DNA of 64,000 bases from Mycoplasmatota bacterium. GTDB lineage: Bacteria > Bacillota_I > Bacilli_A > RF39 > UBA660. The notes under the pieces were generated by a model, which was not told where the DNA came from, made no database searches, and was given only the letters and a program-made list of their open reading frames with translations. Shown piece by piece: positions 10,052 to 20,829 of this stretch (positions are counted from its first letter, which is position 1; each line of letters opens with the position of its first letter). The position numbers and the translations under genes are program-made. The DNA is taken from the NCBI GenBank assembly GCA_022763805.1, contig JALERC010000079.1, positions 12,620 through 76,619 of the forward strand, written 5' to 3'.

Positions 10052-10851
10052 ATCTCATTCACCAACTCTTCCATATCAAATATTAGGTGATCTATTAAGC
10101 CATAATATTGCAATTTAGTAGTTAGTTCAACAATAAAAGGAAGTTTTAATCCTAACTTGTTAAATGTTTTTTCTTCTAAAAAAACAAATTCTTTAGGTCC
10201 GTTTAAAACAATATTTCCTTTGTCCATTACAATTAAATTATCGCCATATAATATTTCATCCATATTATGTGTTACATTGATTATTGTTATTTTATTTACT
10301 TTATTTATTTGTTCTAATATTTTATAAATTTTAATTCTTGTATCCGGATCAATCATTGTAAGTGCTTCATCTAGAATCAAAATATCAGGATCAGTAATCA
10401 AAGCAGATGCTAAAGCAACTAATTGTTTTTGACCTCCACTTAGATTATGTGGTTCTTTATCAAGAATATCTTCAATACCAATAAATTTACTTATTTTCTT
10501 AACTCTTTTATCTATCTCTTTTTTATCAACTTGCATATTTTCAAGTGAAAATACTATATCGTCCAAAACTGTTTCAGCAACAAACTGGTCATCTGGATTT
10601 TCAAATACTACACCTATTTTACTAATGATTTTTTTAAGATTATCATGATTCAACTCTAATCCATTTATATTTATTTTTCCTTCACAAACAAGTAAACCAA
10701 CTAAAAGTCTAATTAGTGTTGACTTACCACTACCGTTATTACCAATAATTGTTGTAAAAGAACCTTTTTCAAAAGTTAAATTTAAATTTTTAAATATTTG
10801 ATTTTTATTATAAGAAAAATTTATATTTTCCATTTCAATAATATTTTTCAT
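10042..10851 (-). CDS. ecfA1: ECF transporter ATPase component A1 (start moved to the internal Met MKNIIEMENINF, which has an AGGTGA SD)
   Basis: Walker A GNNGSGKST, signature LSGGQKQLV, Walker B ILDEAL. The ORF-track start at 10869 has no SD. Confidence 0.85.
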   Translation of the reverse strand: MKNIIEMENINFSYNKNQIFKNLNLTFEKGSFTTIIGNNGSGKSTLIRLLVGLLVCEGKININGLELNHDNLKKIISKIGVVFENPDDQFVAETVLDDIVFSLENMQVDKKEIDKRVKKISKFIGIEDILDKEPHNLSGGQKQLVALASALITDPDILILDEALTMIDPDTRIKIYKILEQINKVNKITIINVTHNMDEILYGDNLIVMDKGNIVLNGPKEFVFLEEKTFNKLGLKLPFIVELTTKLQYYGLIDHLIFDMEELVNEIWK

Positions 10852-10916
10852 GATATCACCTTCGCACATAAATATTATATTATAAATATTTTAATTTTAC
10901 AAATAAAAAAAGAGAA

Positions 10917-11531
10917 CTAAATTTCTCTTTTAGAATAATAGTTTTCTTTATTTATTTGATGTTTTCTAGCTATAGCTAAACAATTTTTTGGAACATCTTT
11001 TGTAATTACAGAACCAGCTGCAATTAAGGAATTTTCTTCAATAGTAACAGGAGCTACCAAAACACTATTACATCCTATAAATACATTATCTAATATAATA
11101 GTTTTATACTTTTTAACACCATCATAATTTGCTATTTTAACTCCAGCTCCAAAATTAACATTTTTTCCGATTTTAGCATCACCTATATATGCTAAATGTG
11201 CAATTTTTGTTTCATCATCAATTGTAGAATTTTTAATTTCTACAGAAAATCCAATATTACAATTATTTGATATTATTGTATTATTTCTTATATATGCATT
11301 AGGACCTATATTATTATTGTTACCTATATTTGAATCAAGTATATTTGAATTCCTAATAATATTATTTTCTCCAATAATACTATTTTCAATCGTTGTATTT
11401 GGATATATTAAAGTATTTGATTTTATAATACTATTTCCTAATATAACAACATTAGGATATATAGTAACATTATCTTCTATAACAACTCTATCATCAATAT
11501 AACATGTATTTTTATTTATATATTTAATCAT
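10917..11531 (-). CDS. Left-handed beta-helix (hexapeptide) acetyltransferase resembling the C-terminal acetyltransferase domain of GlmU, without the uridyltransferase domain
   Basis: Hexapeptide repeats throughout. AHLAYIGDAKIGKNVNFGAGVKIANYDGVKKYKTIILDNVFIGCNSVLVAPV closely matches the GlmU C-domain consensus. Confidence 0.6.
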   Translation of the reverse strand: MIKYINKNTCYIDDRVVIEDNVTIYPNVVILGNSIIKSNTLIYPNTTIENSIIGENNIIRNSNILDSNIGNNNNIGPNAYIRNNTIISNNCNIGFSVEIKNSTIDDETKIAHLAYIGDAKIGKNVNFGAGVKIANYDGVKKYKTIILDNVFIGCNSVLVAPVTIEENSLIAAGSVITKDVPKNCLAIARKHQINKENYYSKREI

Positions 11532-12283
11532 TATTTTACCTTCTTCTTTTGTATTTTATAAGTAATTTTAAGCATTAATTTTATAGGAACAAACTTTCCA
11601 AAAAACTTAGCTAATTTTATACTAGTCCCAGGAATAATTACTAATTTATTTTTAAACATTTTATCTAATGTATAAGAAACAACTTCATTTGCTTCTAAAG
11701 CTTTTATACCAAAAGTAACACCTGCAACATCATTAAATTCTGTATTAACAGGACCAGGACATAAAGTTGAAACATGGACATTACTTTTTTCTTTTTTAAG
11801 TTCTTCATATATAGCACATGTTAAATTGTATACATATGATTTTGATGCATAATATGTAGACATTAGAGGTCCTGGTTGAAACGCAGCAGAAGAAGCTACA
11901 TTTAATATATATCCTTTATTTTCTTTTTTAAATTTTTGTAAAAACAATTTTGTTAATGTATGCACAGCAACAATATTTATATCTATTAATTCAAGTTCTC
12001 TATCTAACGGAGTTTGATCAAAGTTCCCAAAAACTCCAAAACCTGCATTATTTATAAGTATATCAATATTTTCTTTTTTATATTTTTTGAATAATTTTAC
12101 ACAGTTAGTTGGAAAAGATAAATCCAAAGTAACAATCTCAATATTTGTATCTAATTCATCTTTTAATTCTCTTAATCTTTCTTTTCTACGTGCTACTAAA
12201 ACTAGATCATATCCTTTTTTACTAAGTTGTTTTGCAAATTCTTTCCCAAGTCCTGAACTTGCACCTGTTATTATAGCTTTCAT
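11531..12283 (-). CDS. Short-chain dehydrogenase/reductase (classical SDR)
   Basis: TGASSGLG Rossmann motif, NNAG, YxxxK (YYASK). Confidence 0.8.
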   Translation of the reverse strand: MKAIITGASSGLGKEFAKQLSKKGYDLVLVARRKERLRELKDELDTNIEIVTLDLSFPTNCVKLFKKYKKENIDILINNAGFGVFGNFDQTPLDRELELIDINIVAVHTLTKLFLQKFKKENKGYILNVASSAAFQPGPLMSTYYASKSYVYNLTCAIYEELKKEKSNVHVSTLCPGPVNTEFNDVAGVTFGIKALEANEVVSYTLDKMFKNKLVIIPGTSIKLAKFFGKFVPIKLMLKITYKIQKKKVK

Positions 12284-12357
12284 ATAATCACCTACTATTA
12301 AAATTATATACTAAAATATGTATTTATACAATAAAAAATCTAGTTATAAACTAGATT

Positions 12358-13506
12358 TTAAACTATAGGTTTAACGATATAAGGATCATTTAAAGTTCCT
12401 GTTCCACCAATATAATTTACATTTCCATTAATAGTTAATACCAAATGTAAATAAGCGTAAGTTGCAGCTTTCGATTGAACTGCAGATTTATTTACTTTAT
12501 AAACATATTCTGTACCTTCCATTGCAGCTGTAAGAGTCCAATAACTCTTTGAATAATTAGCTAGATAATTATAATTTTTACAAGATTTAGTTAAAGAGCT
12601 AAAACAATTAGGATCTAATGATGCTTGAAAATATTCATATAGTGCTATAGTACCAATTCCCATTAATTCAGATTTTTTAGAACATTCAATATTACCAGTA
12701 TTATCTATATCTTGTTTAGTTCTTTTTCCAATACAAAATTCTTGTGGAATGATTAGTGATTTAACATCTTTAGAAAATTTTTCTTCATCATTATAAACAC
12801 TTAATATTTTATCTTTAATTCTACTAGCTTGAGTACCTTCAAATTCATTGATACCAGCGTCATATTTTTTTTCTACATTATATCTATTATCCCATGGGAA
12901 TGATTTTTCAACATCATCAGAGAATAATCTAATATTACCATTTTCGTCAATCTTCATAATTCTATACAAAGTATTATTAATTTTTAAATAATTATCAACA
13001 TTTTCTCCACGGAAAATATAATAAGGTTCTCCCGATTCTATTTTATATAATCCATTATCTGTTGTAACAATATTTTCTTCTTTAGTTATTTCATCAGTTA
13101 AATTTTTATACTTGTATGCTTCTCCACAATCTAATTTAGGTGAATAACTATAATCATCTAAATTCTTAAATACTAAAACAGACCCCGAACACATTACATC
13201 TTTTTTAGTATATTTACTCATATCTTTCATATAACCTTCAGCAATAAGATCACTAACTTTAATTTCTACAGTTCCATAAATACTTCCTTCAACCTTTTCA
13301 GGATGATTATTAACATATTGTTTGGCTGATCTAACCATAATGTTTTCAATTTTATCATATGATAAGGCTGAACCAAAAATAGCTTTATAAATTACAAAAA
13401 ATAAAATAAATGCTACAAAAATACCTATAAGAATAAACGCCATTTTAATCATGCCTTTTGTTTTATCATCCATATTACTGAAATCAAACATTCTTTTAAA
13501 GTCCAT
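12358..13506 (-). CDS. Hypothetical membrane-anchored surface protein (N-terminal TM, Cys-containing ectodomain ending GGTGTLNDPYIV)
   Basis: 382-aa ORF. TM helix FILIGIFVAFILFFVIY. No recognisable catalytic motif. Inserted between rplQ and the ECF genes. Confidence 0.5.
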   Translation of the reverse strand: MDFKRMFDFSNMDDKTKGMIKMAFILIGIFVAFILFFVIYKAIFGSALSYDKIENIMVRSAKQYVNNHPEKVEGSIYGTVEIKVSDLIAEGYMKDMSKYTKKDVMCSGSVLVFKNLDDYSYSPKLDCGEAYKYKNLTDEITKEENIVTTDNGLYKIESGEPYYIFRGENVDNYLKINNTLYRIMKIDENGNIRLFSDDVEKSFPWDNRYNVEKKYDAGINEFEGTQASRIKDKILSVYNDEEKFSKDVKSLIIPQEFCIGKRTKQDIDNTGNIECSKKSELMGIGTIALYEYFQASLDPNCFSSLTKSCKNYNYLANYSKSYWTLTAAMEGTEYVYKVNKSAVQSKAATYAYLHLVLTINGNVNYIGGTGTLNDPYIVKPIV

Positions 13507-13544
13507 AAGTACCTCCTAATTTACAAAATTATTATAGCATAATA

Positions 13545-13587
13545 TATTTAAAAAATAAATGAAAAAAGATGCTTATTTAGCATCTTC
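13545..13587 (-). terminator. Intrinsic terminator of the alpha operon after rplQ (stem AAGATGC/GCATCTT, U-run); stop codon in the loop
   Basis: Inverted repeat at 13566-13585 followed by TTTTTCATTTATTTTTT on the minus strand. Confidence 0.65.
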
Positions 13588-13929
13588 CTCAACTAATTCT
13601 AAAATAACCATTAAAGCGTCATCTCCACGACGTTCAGTAAGTTTTAAAATTCTAGTGTAGCCACCATTTCTATTAGCATAACGAACAGCTAAGTCATTAA
13701 ATACTTTTTGAACAGCTGCATTATCGTTTTGTAAAAATGCTAAAGCTTTTCTTCTAGCTACTAAAGAACCATCTTTACCATAAGAAATCATTTTATCTAC
13801 AAATTTACGAACTTCTTTAGCTCTTGTTTCTGTAGTTTCAATTCTTTCATTCATGATAACATCTTTAGTTAGATTTGCAAGCATACTTCTTCTATGTTTA
13901 TTAGTACGTCCTAATTTTCTGTAAGCCAT
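13573..13929 (-). CDS. rplQ: 50S ribosomal protein L17
   Basis: Conserved L17 sequence; follows rpoA. Confidence 0.95.
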   Translation of the reverse strand: MAYRKLGRTNKHRRSMLANLTKDVIMNERIETTETRAKEVRKFVDKMISYGKDGSLVARRKALAFLQNDNAAVQKVFNDLAVRYANRNGGYTRILKLTERRGDDALMVILELVEEDAK

Positions 13930-13946
13930 AATATTCCTCCTAACTA

Positions 13947-14906
13947 CTAGTCTTCGTCACGGAATTTAAGTCCCATATCTTTAATTTTGTCGATAACTTC
14001 TTTTAAAGATTTTTTACCTAAATTACGTATTTTCATCATTTCAAGTTCTGATTTTTCTACTAAATCACCTAATGTGTTAATATTAGCTCTTTTTAAACAA
14101 TTATAAGCTCTTACTGAGAAATCTAAATCATCAATAGATGTTTCTAATTTCTTTAATTTGCTATCTTCTTGTTTTGCAGACATTACACCTGTAGTATCAG
14201 CTAATTCACTTAAATTAGTTATAATATTTAAATGTTCAATTAATATTTTAGCACCTAAAGCCATTGCTTCTTCAGGTTTTAAAGATCCATTTGTATAAAC
14301 ATTCATAATTAATTTGTCATAGTTAGCATCTTGTCCAACACGAGCACTTTCTACTTCATAACTAATTCTTTCAATAGGTGAATATAAAGCATCTATTGGA
14401 ATGAAACCAATCTTTGCATTTTCAATATGTTGTTTATTTTCATTAGCTGGAACATAACCGCGTCCGTTAGCAACGATCATTTCCATATCAAGCTTTCCAC
14501 CTTTAGCTAATGTTGCGATAACTTGATCAGGATTCATAACTTCAACATCAGCATCGCATGTAATGTCTCCAGCAGTTACTACTCCTTCTTTGTCAGCGTA
14601 TAAATGTATAGTTTTATTTCCTTCTACATTTTTCTTTAATACTACGCTTTTTAAGTTTAAAACAATAGTTGTTACATCTTCTACTACACCATCGATAGTT
14701 TGGAATTCATGCATAACCCCATCAATTTTTACTGCTACAATAGCACTACCCGGCATATTAGATAACATTACTCTTCTAAGAGCGTTACCTATAGTTGTTC
14801 CAAAACCTCTTTCTAAAGGTTCTAATTCAAATTTTCCATAATTATTATTTTCAACATAATCAGTAATTTTAAATACTGGTTTTTCAAAGTTTAACACTAT
14901 TTTCAC
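13947..14906 (-). CDS. rpoA: DNA-directed RNA polymerase subunit alpha
   Basis: Conserved NTD/CTD sequence ([16 protein letters not shown]...). Confidence 0.95.
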   Translation of the reverse strand: MKIVLNFEKPVFKITDYVENNNYGKFELEPLERGFGTTIGNALRRVMLSNMPGSAIVAVKIDGVMHEFQTIDGVVEDVTTIVLNLKSVVLKKNVEGNKTIHLYADKEGVVTAGDITCDADVEVMNPDQVIATLAKGGKLDMEMIVANGRGYVPANENKQHIENAKIGFIPIDALYSPIERISYEVESARVGQDANYDKLIMNVYTNGSLKPEEAMALGAKILIEHLNIITNLSELADTTGVMSAKQEDSKLKKLETSIDDLDFSVRAYNCLKRANINTLGDLVEKSELEMMKIRNLGKKSLKEVIDKIKDMGLKFRDED

Positions 14907-14917
14907 TCCTTTTCATT

Positions 14918-15301
14918 TTATCCACGAGGACGTTTTGGTGGACGACATCCATTATGTGGAATAGGTGTTACATCAGAAATTGAAGTAATTTCTAAACCTG
15001 CAGTTTGTAAAGAACGGATAGCTGTTTCACGTCCTGAACCTAAACCTTTTACAAATACTTCAACTTTTTTCATACCCATATCAACAGCTGCTTTTCCAGC
15101 TGCTTCTGCTGACATACCTGCAGCAAATGGAGTTGATTTTTTGCTTCCTTTAAATCCTAGAGTACCAGCTGAAGCCCAACTAATTGCATTACCATCATTA
15201 TCACTTATAGTAACGATAGTATTGTTAAATGTTGAATGAATAAATGCTTTTCCTTCTGGTACATTCTTTTTAACTTTACGTTTTCTTGGTTTATAAGCCA
15301 T
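14918..15301 (-). CDS. rpsK: 30S ribosomal protein S11
   Basis: Conserved S11 sequence. Confidence 0.95.
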   Translation of the reverse strand: MAYKPRKRKVKKNVPEGKAFIHSTFNNTIVTISDNDGNAISWASAGTLGFKGSKKSTPFAAGMSAEAAGKAAVDMGMKKVEVFVKGLGSGRETAIRSLQTAGLEITSISDVTPIPHNGCRPPKRPRG

Positions 15302-15331
15302 TTATATAACCTCCTTATTTATTAGTTACAA

Positions 15332-15697
15332 TTATTTTTTCTTATTAGCAACTACTTTACCTTTACCTTTACGAGTTCTAGCATTTCTATTAGTTCTTTG
15401 ACCTCTAACTGGAAGTCCTTTTTTATGTCTAGTTCCTTGGTAAGAGTTAATTTCCATTTTAGTTTTAATATTCATGTTTACTTCACGACGTAAGTCACCT
15501 TCAGTAACATATTTATTAACTTCTTCACGGATTCTTGCTAATTCATCATTATCAAGATCTCCAGCTTTTTTATCGAAATCTACTTTAGCATCTTTTAAGA
15601 TCTTTTGAGATAAACTTCTTCCGATACCATAAATATAAGTCATTGCTATTTCGATTCTTTTATTATTTGGTATATCTACACCTTTAATACGTGCCAT
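15332..15697 (-). CDS. rpsM: 30S ribosomal protein S13
   Basis: [18 protein letters not shown]...; conserved. Confidence 0.95.
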   Translation of the reverse strand: MARIKGVDIPNNKRIEIAMTYIYGIGRSLSQKILKDAKVDFDKKAGDLDNDELARIREEVNKYVTEGDLRREVNMNIKTKMEINSYQGTRHKKGLPVRGQRTNRNARTRKGKGKVVANKKK

Positions 15698-15711
15698 TCA
15701 AACACCTCCTA

Positions 15712-15825
15712 TTAACCTTGTCTTTGATTATGTTTTGGATTAACACATCTAACTTCTATTCTTCCATTACGTCTTATTATTTTACATTTGTCGCATATTT
15801 TTTTAACTGATGCTCTTACTTTCAT
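15712..15825 (-). CDS. rpmJ: 50S ribosomal protein L36 (37 aa; absent from the supplied ORF track)
   Basis: Hand translation: [37 protein letters not shown], with the zinc-ribbon Cys pattern. Located between infA and rpsM as expected. Confidence 0.9.
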   Translation of the reverse strand: MKVRASVKKICDKCKIIRRNGRIEVRCVNPKHNQRQG

Positions 15826-15844
15826 TTTTATTCCTCCTACTTTA

Positions 15845-16060
15845 TTATTTTCGGTAAGTTATGCGCCCACGTGTTAAATCATATGGTGAAAGTTCAACAG
15901 TTACTGTATCACCTGGTAAGATGCGAATATAATTCATTCGGATTTTACCAGAAACGTGAGCTTCTACAGTATGTTTGTTTTCTAATTCAACCTTGAAAAT
16001 ACCTCCAGGCTTTACTTCAATAACTTTTCCTTGTACTTCGATTGTATCTGTTTTAGCCAT
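15845..16060 (-). CDS. infA: Translation initiation factor IF-1
   Basis: [15 protein letters not shown]...; S1-like fold sequence. Confidence 0.95.
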   Translation of the reverse strand: MAKTDTIEVQGKVIEVKPGGIFKVELENKHTVEAHVSGKIRMNYIRILPGDTVTVELSPYDLTRGRITYRK

Positions 16061-16340
16061 TTAATCACCTCTTTGTTTTATTATAATCACTAGATAAAAT
16101 ATTTTATATTAGAAAACTTGATAATAATTTTATATATTTATCTAGAGATATTATACCATCTTTTTACCTTTTGGTCACTAGGAATTCTATACAGTAAATG
16201 TATGAATTCCAGTATACCATAAAGATGGAGTAGCATTAAGACTAAAATGTCATATGCTTAGTAAGCGATCTAACTTTTTAAATATAATCTTTAAAAGTAC
16301 GCGTATCGCCTATTCAACTAAATGTTGAAAATATCATTTA

Positions 16341-17000
16341 TTATAGTGAGCTAACTATAATTTTTTCTATTTGTTCAAAAGTATTTTCTTTTCCTAAATC
16401 ACTATTAACATGATATAGGACATTTTTTTTCTCATAATAATCGATTAATGGTTGAGTTTTTTCTAAGTAAGTTTGAAATCTGCCATCAAATGTTTCGGCA
16501 TTATCATCACTTCTTTTTACTAACTCAGTACCACAATTATCACAAATACCAGCTTGTTTTGGTTTAGCAGCATCTATATTTTCGTTAAATACACTTCCAC
16601 ATTTAGGACAACTAACTCTTCCTACAATACGACTTTTAGCAACCTCTTTGTCAATGTCTAAGACAATAACATAACCTAATTCTCTATTTAATTTATTAAG
16701 AATTACCTCGTATTGTTCTGCTTGTTCTAAATTTCTTGGAAATCCATCTAAAATATATCCATTATCACAATCACTTTGTTGTAATCTTTCAGTGATAAGT
16801 TCTAACATAATATCACTACTAACAAAACGTCCATTGGAAATTTCGTTAGCTATATATCTTCCTCTTTCAGAATCTTCTTTAGCAGAATTTCTTAAAATAT
16901 CTCCAGTCGAGATGTGAGGTATATTATATTTTGAGCTCACCATCACAGCTTGTGTTCCTTTGCCAGCCGCTGGTGGAGCGATAAAAATTATATTTTTCAT
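16341..17000 (-). CDS. adk: Adenylate kinase (zinc-binding lid CPKCG...CDNCG)
   Basis: P-loop GAGKGTQA, LID domain with 4 Cys; follows secY. Confidence 0.95.
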   Translation of the reverse strand: MKNIIFIAPPAAGKGTQAVMVSSKYNIPHISTGDILRNSAKEDSERGRYIANEISNGRFVSSDIMLELITERLQQSDCDNGYILDGFPRNLEQAEQYEVILNKLNRELGYVIVLDIDKEVAKSRIVGRVSCPKCGSVFNENIDAAKPKQAGICDNCGTELVKRSDDNAETFDGRFQTYLEKTQPLIDYYEKKNVLYHVNSDLGKENTFEQIEKIIVSSL

Positions 17001-18271
17001 CTTCTTCTACGCCCCCTTGTATATGAACGACTAACTAATTGACTTTCAATTTGTTTATATGTTTCTAATGCAACACCAACAACGATTAATAACCCAGTAC
17101 CACCAATTGTAACACTAGCTGGCATATTTGAGAACATCCCAAATAATACTGGAAGTGCTGCAATGATAGTTAAAGCAAAAGCTCCTACAAAAGTAATTTT
17201 TTTAATTACTTTAGTAATATATTCAACAGTTTCTTCTCCTGGTCTAACACCCGGAATAAATCCACCATTTTTATTTAAATTATCAGCTAATTCATCTGGT
17301 TTTAATTGTATAAATGTATAAAAGTATGCGAATCCAAATATACATAATACATATAATAATAATCCAGTTGGAGTAGTCATTACTATCCATTTGTTTATAA
17401 ATATTGTCATTGCGTCATTTTTAATAAATGATGCAATTATTGATGGAATTGAAATTATTGCAGATGCAAATATTACTGGTATAACACCAGCAGAATTTAA
17501 TCTGAATGGTATATAACTTTGTTGTCCACCATATGAATTTGATGATTTATTAGCATATTGAATTGGAATCCTTCTTTCAGCAGTTTCCTCATAAACAATA
17601 CCTAAAACTATTGCAATATAGAATATTACAAATAAAGTAAACATAGTTATACCTAAGGCAATTGATTGAGTAGTTCCACTGAAGTCTACTAATGTATTCC
17701 ATGCTGTATAGAACATATTAGGTAGATTTGCAATAATACCCGCCATGATAATTAATGAAATACCATTTCCTATTCCCTTAGCAGAAATTTGATCTCCAAG
17801 CCATAATAAGAATGAAGTTCCCGCTGTAAGAACAAGGGCAAATTCCAAATATTGTATTGGACTACTACCACTTACATATGTAAATGAGTATATATATCCT
17901 TGAATAAATGCTAATATAATACCAACTACTCTTGTAATTTGATTCATTTTATTTCGACCAGAAATACCTTGTTTAGATAATTCTGTTAAATATGGAACAA
18001 TATCCATAGCTAAAAGTTGAATTATAATTGATGCTGTGATGTATGGCATTACACCTAGAGCAAAAATAGAAAATTTTTCCATTGCTCCTCCACCCATAGC
18101 ATTAAGTAATTCTAAAAATCCTAAATTACCAGTCAATGAATCTTTATCAATTCCTGGAACAATAATCGCAGTTCCTAATTTAAAGATGAATAAAGCAGCA
18201 AAAGTGAATAAAACTTTCTTTTGTAGATCTTTATTCTTGCGATTAAACATTTGCTTAAATGTTGCAAACAT
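16997..18271 (-). CDS. secY: Preprotein translocase subunit SecY
   Basis: 10-TM protein with conserved SecY motifs, downstream of rplO. Confidence 0.95.
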   Translation of the reverse strand: MFATFKQMFNRKNKDLQKKVLFTFAALFIFKLGTAIIVPGIDKDSLTGNLGFLELLNAMGGGAMEKFSIFALGVMPYITASIIIQLLAMDIVPYLTELSKQGISGRNKMNQITRVVGIILAFIQGYIYSFTYVSGSSPIQYLEFALVLTAGTSFLLWLGDQISAKGIGNGISLIIMAGIIANLPNMFYTAWNTLVDFSGTTQSIALGITMFTLFVIFYIAIVLGIVYEETAERRIPIQYANKSSNSYGGQQSYIPFRLNSAGVIPVIFASAIISIPSIIASFIKNDAMTIFINKWIVMTTPTGLLLYVLCIFGFAYFYTFIQLKPDELADNLNKNGGFIPGVRPGEETVEYITKVIKKITFVGAFALTIIAALPVLFGMFSNMPASVTIGGTGLLIVVGVALETYKQIESQLVSRSYTRGRRRR

Positions 18272-18272
18272 G

Positions 18273-18716
18273 TTAAATCACCTCTGCTTTTCCACCTAAT
18301 TTTTCTATTTGTTCTTTAGCTACACTTGAGAAATTGTGAGCTTTAACAACTAATTTTTTTTCTAATTTACCATTTCCTAGTACTTTGATACCATCTAATT
18401 GATTTTTAACTAATCCCATTTCTTTTAATAATTCTGGTGTAACAGTAGCGTTATCATCAAATTTATTTAAATCACTTAAATTAATAACAGCATAAGTAGT
18501 TTTAAATTTTGCATTAGAGAAACCACGTTTTGGTAATCTTCTGAATAAAGGTAATTGTCCACCTTCAAATCCAGCTTTGTGGCTATAACCACTTCTTGAT
18601 TTTTGTCCGTTTTCTCCTCTACCTGAAGTTTTTCCTAAACCTGATCCAACACCACGACCAACTCTTTTACGAGTTTTAGTAGCACCTTCAGCAGGATACA
18701 TTGTATGTAATTTCAT
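18273..18716 (-). CDS. rplO: 50S ribosomal protein L15
   Basis: Conserved sequence. Directly abuts rpsE, so there is no rpmD (L30) in between. Confidence 0.95.
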   Translation of the reverse strand: MKLHTMYPAEGATKTRKRVGRGVGSGLGKTSGRGENGQKSRSGYSHKAGFEGGQLPLFRRLPKRGFSNAKFKTTYAVINLSDLNKFDDNATVTPELLKEMGLVKNQLDGIKVLGNGKLEKKLVVKAHNFSSVAKEQIEKLGGKAEVI

Positions 18717-19228
18717 TAGATTAAATCCTCAACTTTCTTACCACGTAATTTAGCTACTTGTTCTACTGTTCTTTGAGCTTTTAAAGCTTCTAATGTAGCA
18801 AATGCCATATTAATTTTTGTATTTGATCCAAGTGATTTAGATAAGATATCTTTAACACCAGCTAATTCAAGTACAGCACGAACTGGTCCACCAGCTTTAA
18901 CTCCTGTACCTTCAGTAGCAGGTTTTAACATAACTTTACTTGCTCCTCTAACACCAATTGCTTCATGTGGGATTGTTCTATTATCAACTATTGCTACTCT
19001 TACTACATTTTTAGCAGCAGCTTGTTCAGCTTTTTTAATTGCATCTGGTACTTCATTAGCTTTACCAGTTCCAATTCCTACTTTACCTTTTCTATCTCCA
19101 ACGGCAACTGTAGCAGAGAAACGGAAATGACGACCACCTTTTGTTACTTTTGTAACACGACCAATGTTGATAATTTCAGTTTCATACATTTTTGGTCTTG
19201 GTTCTCTTCTTCTAGTTTCCTTTTCCAT
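18716..19228 (-). CDS. rpsE: 30S ribosomal protein S5
   Basis: Conserved S5 sequence. Confidence 0.95.
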   Translation of the reverse strand: MEKETRRREPRPKMYETEIINIGRVTKVTKGGRHFRFSATVAVGDRKGKVGIGTGKANEVPDAIKKAEQAAAKNVVRVAIVDNRTIPHEAIGVRGASKVMLKPATEGTGVKAGGPVRAVLELAGVKDILSKSLGSNTKINMAFATLEALKAQRTVEQVAKLRGKKVEDLI

Positions 19229-19242
19229 CTAGATTCCTCCTC

Positions 19243-19605
19243 TTAGAATTCTAATCCATTTGCACGTGCTGCTTCAGCTAAAGCTTTAACACGTCCATGA
19301 TATAGGTATCCACCTCTATCAAAAGTTACTTTTTCAATTTTTGCTTTTTTAGCTCTTTTAGCAATTAATTCTCCTACTTTTGCAGCAGCTTCAATATTTC
19401 CACCATTTTCAATTTTTAATTCTTTATCAATTGAAGAGGCACTTACTAATGTGACAGCTTTTTCATCATCAATGATTTGAGCAAAAATATTGTTGTTTGA
19501 TCTAAACACATTAAGTCTTGGTACACTTGCAGTACCTGTAACTTTTTCTCTGATACGAGCATGTCTAGCTTTACGCATATCGTTACGAGCTACTTTTTTA
19601 ATCAT
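19243..19605 (-). CDS. rplR: 50S ribosomal protein L18
   Basis: Conserved. Confidence 0.95.
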   Translation of the reverse strand: MIKKVARNDMRKARHARIREKVTGTASVPRLNVFRSNNNIFAQIIDDEKAVTLVSASSIDKELKIENGGNIEAAAKVGELIAKRAKKAKIEKVTFDRGGYLYHGRVKALAEAARANGLEF

Positions 19606-19630
19606 AAGTATTACTCTCCTTTACTTTTTA

Positions 19631-20164
19631 TTATTTAGATGCTTTCTTTCCTTCTTTACGACGGATAACTTCATCTTTATAACGAATACCTTTTCCTTTA
19701 TAAGGTTCAGGTTGTCTAATTTTTCTTACGTTAGCAGAAAATTCTCCTACTAAACATTTATCAATTCCTTTTACAACTAATTCTGTGTTACTTGGAACTT
19801 CTAATGATAATTCAGTTGGAATTTCAACTTCTACAGGATGTGAATAACCAGCAGTTACTACTAATTTACCATCTTTTAAAGCGAAACGATATCCAACACC
19901 GATTGTTTCTAATCTTTTTTCATAACCTTCTGTAACACCAATAATCATATTTCTGATATTAGCATTTGCAGTTCCGTGGAAATTTTTAACTGAATCATCT
20001 TTTCTTGTTAATGTTAATTCATTTCCATTAATGTTTACAGTAATGTCTTTATTGATTTCAGTAGAAAGTTCACCTTTAGGACCACTTACTTTAACAATAT
20101 TAGCATCAACTGATACTGTAACATTTTCAGGTATTGTAATTACTCTATTTCCAATACGACTCAT
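19631..20164 (-). CDS. rplF: 50S ribosomal protein L6
   Basis: Conserved. Confidence 0.95.
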   Translation of the reverse strand: MSRIGNRVITIPENVTVSVDANIVKVSGPKGELSTEINKDITVNINGNELTLTRKDDSVKNFHGTANANIRNMIIGVTEGYEKRLETIGVGYRFALKDGKLVVTAGYSHPVEVEIPTELSLEVPSNTELVVKGIDKCLVGEFSANVRKIRQPEPYKGKGIRYKDEVIRRKEGKKASK

Positions 20165-20195
20165 ATTAATCCTCCTATATTTTTCTTTCTACTTA

Positions 20196-20594
20196 TTACC
20201 AGATATAAGCAAGAACTTCTCCACCTAATGATTGTTTTTTAGCATCTTTTCCTGTCATTACACCTTTAGATGTTGACATAATAGCGATACCTAAACCATT
20301 AAGTACAGTTGGAACTTCTTCAGCTTTAGCATAAACACGTAAACCTGGTTTTGAAATTCTTTTTAAACCTGTAATAACACGTTCTTTCTTTTCTCCGTAT
20401 TTTAATGATAATACGATGATATTTTGAACGTCATTCTTTTTAACTTTGAAGTCAGCTATAAATCCTTCTTCTTTAAGAATTCTTGCGATTTCTAACTTCA
20501 TTTTTGAAGCAGGCACTTCAACTTCTTTATATCGCATTTGGTTAGCATTACGAATTCTTGTAAGCATATCTGCGATTGGGTCAGTTACTACCAT
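20196..20594 (-). CDS. rpsH: 30S ribosomal protein S8
   Basis: Conserved; ends ...AYIW. Confidence 0.95.
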   Translation of the reverse strand: MVVTDPIADMLTRIRNANQMRYKEVEVPASKMKLEIARILKEEGFIADFKVKKNDVQNIIVLSLKYGEKKERVITGLKRISKPGLRVYAKAEEVPTVLNGLGIAIMSTSKGVMTGKDAKKQSLGGEVLAYIW

Positions 20595-20613
20595 AAATTT
20601 GTCCTCCCTTCAA

Positions 20614-20799
20614 TTACCAGCTAGATTTTCTAACACCTGGTATTTGTCCTTTATAAGCTAATTCTCTAAAACAAATACGGCAAATTCCATATTTTTTAAG
20701 TACTGAATGTGGTCTACCACATCTTTGACAACGAGTATATTCACGTACTTTAAACTTTGGTTTACGATTAGCTTTTGCTATCATACTTTTTTTAGCCAT
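20614..20799 (-). CDS. rpsN: 30S ribosomal protein S14, type Z (61 aa, Zn-ribbon CxxC...CxxC)
   Basis: CQRCGRP...CRICFRE zinc motif; short Z-type length. Confidence 0.95.
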   Translation of the reverse strand: MAKKSMIAKANRKPKFKVREYTRCQRCGRPHSVLKKYGICRICFRELAYKGQIPGVRKSSW

Positions 20800-20829
20800 A
20801 ATATTTCCTCCTATAATAAATTTTGAATA

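Noticed and set aside
16061-16340. Small ORFs in the adk-infA spacer (e.g. a 32-codon MLLHLYGILEFIHLLYRIPSDQKVKRWYNISR frame) and a hidden map pseudogene
   Set aside because: No SD precedes any of them and they have no recognisable aminopeptidase motifs. The region reads better as promoter/hairpin DNA.
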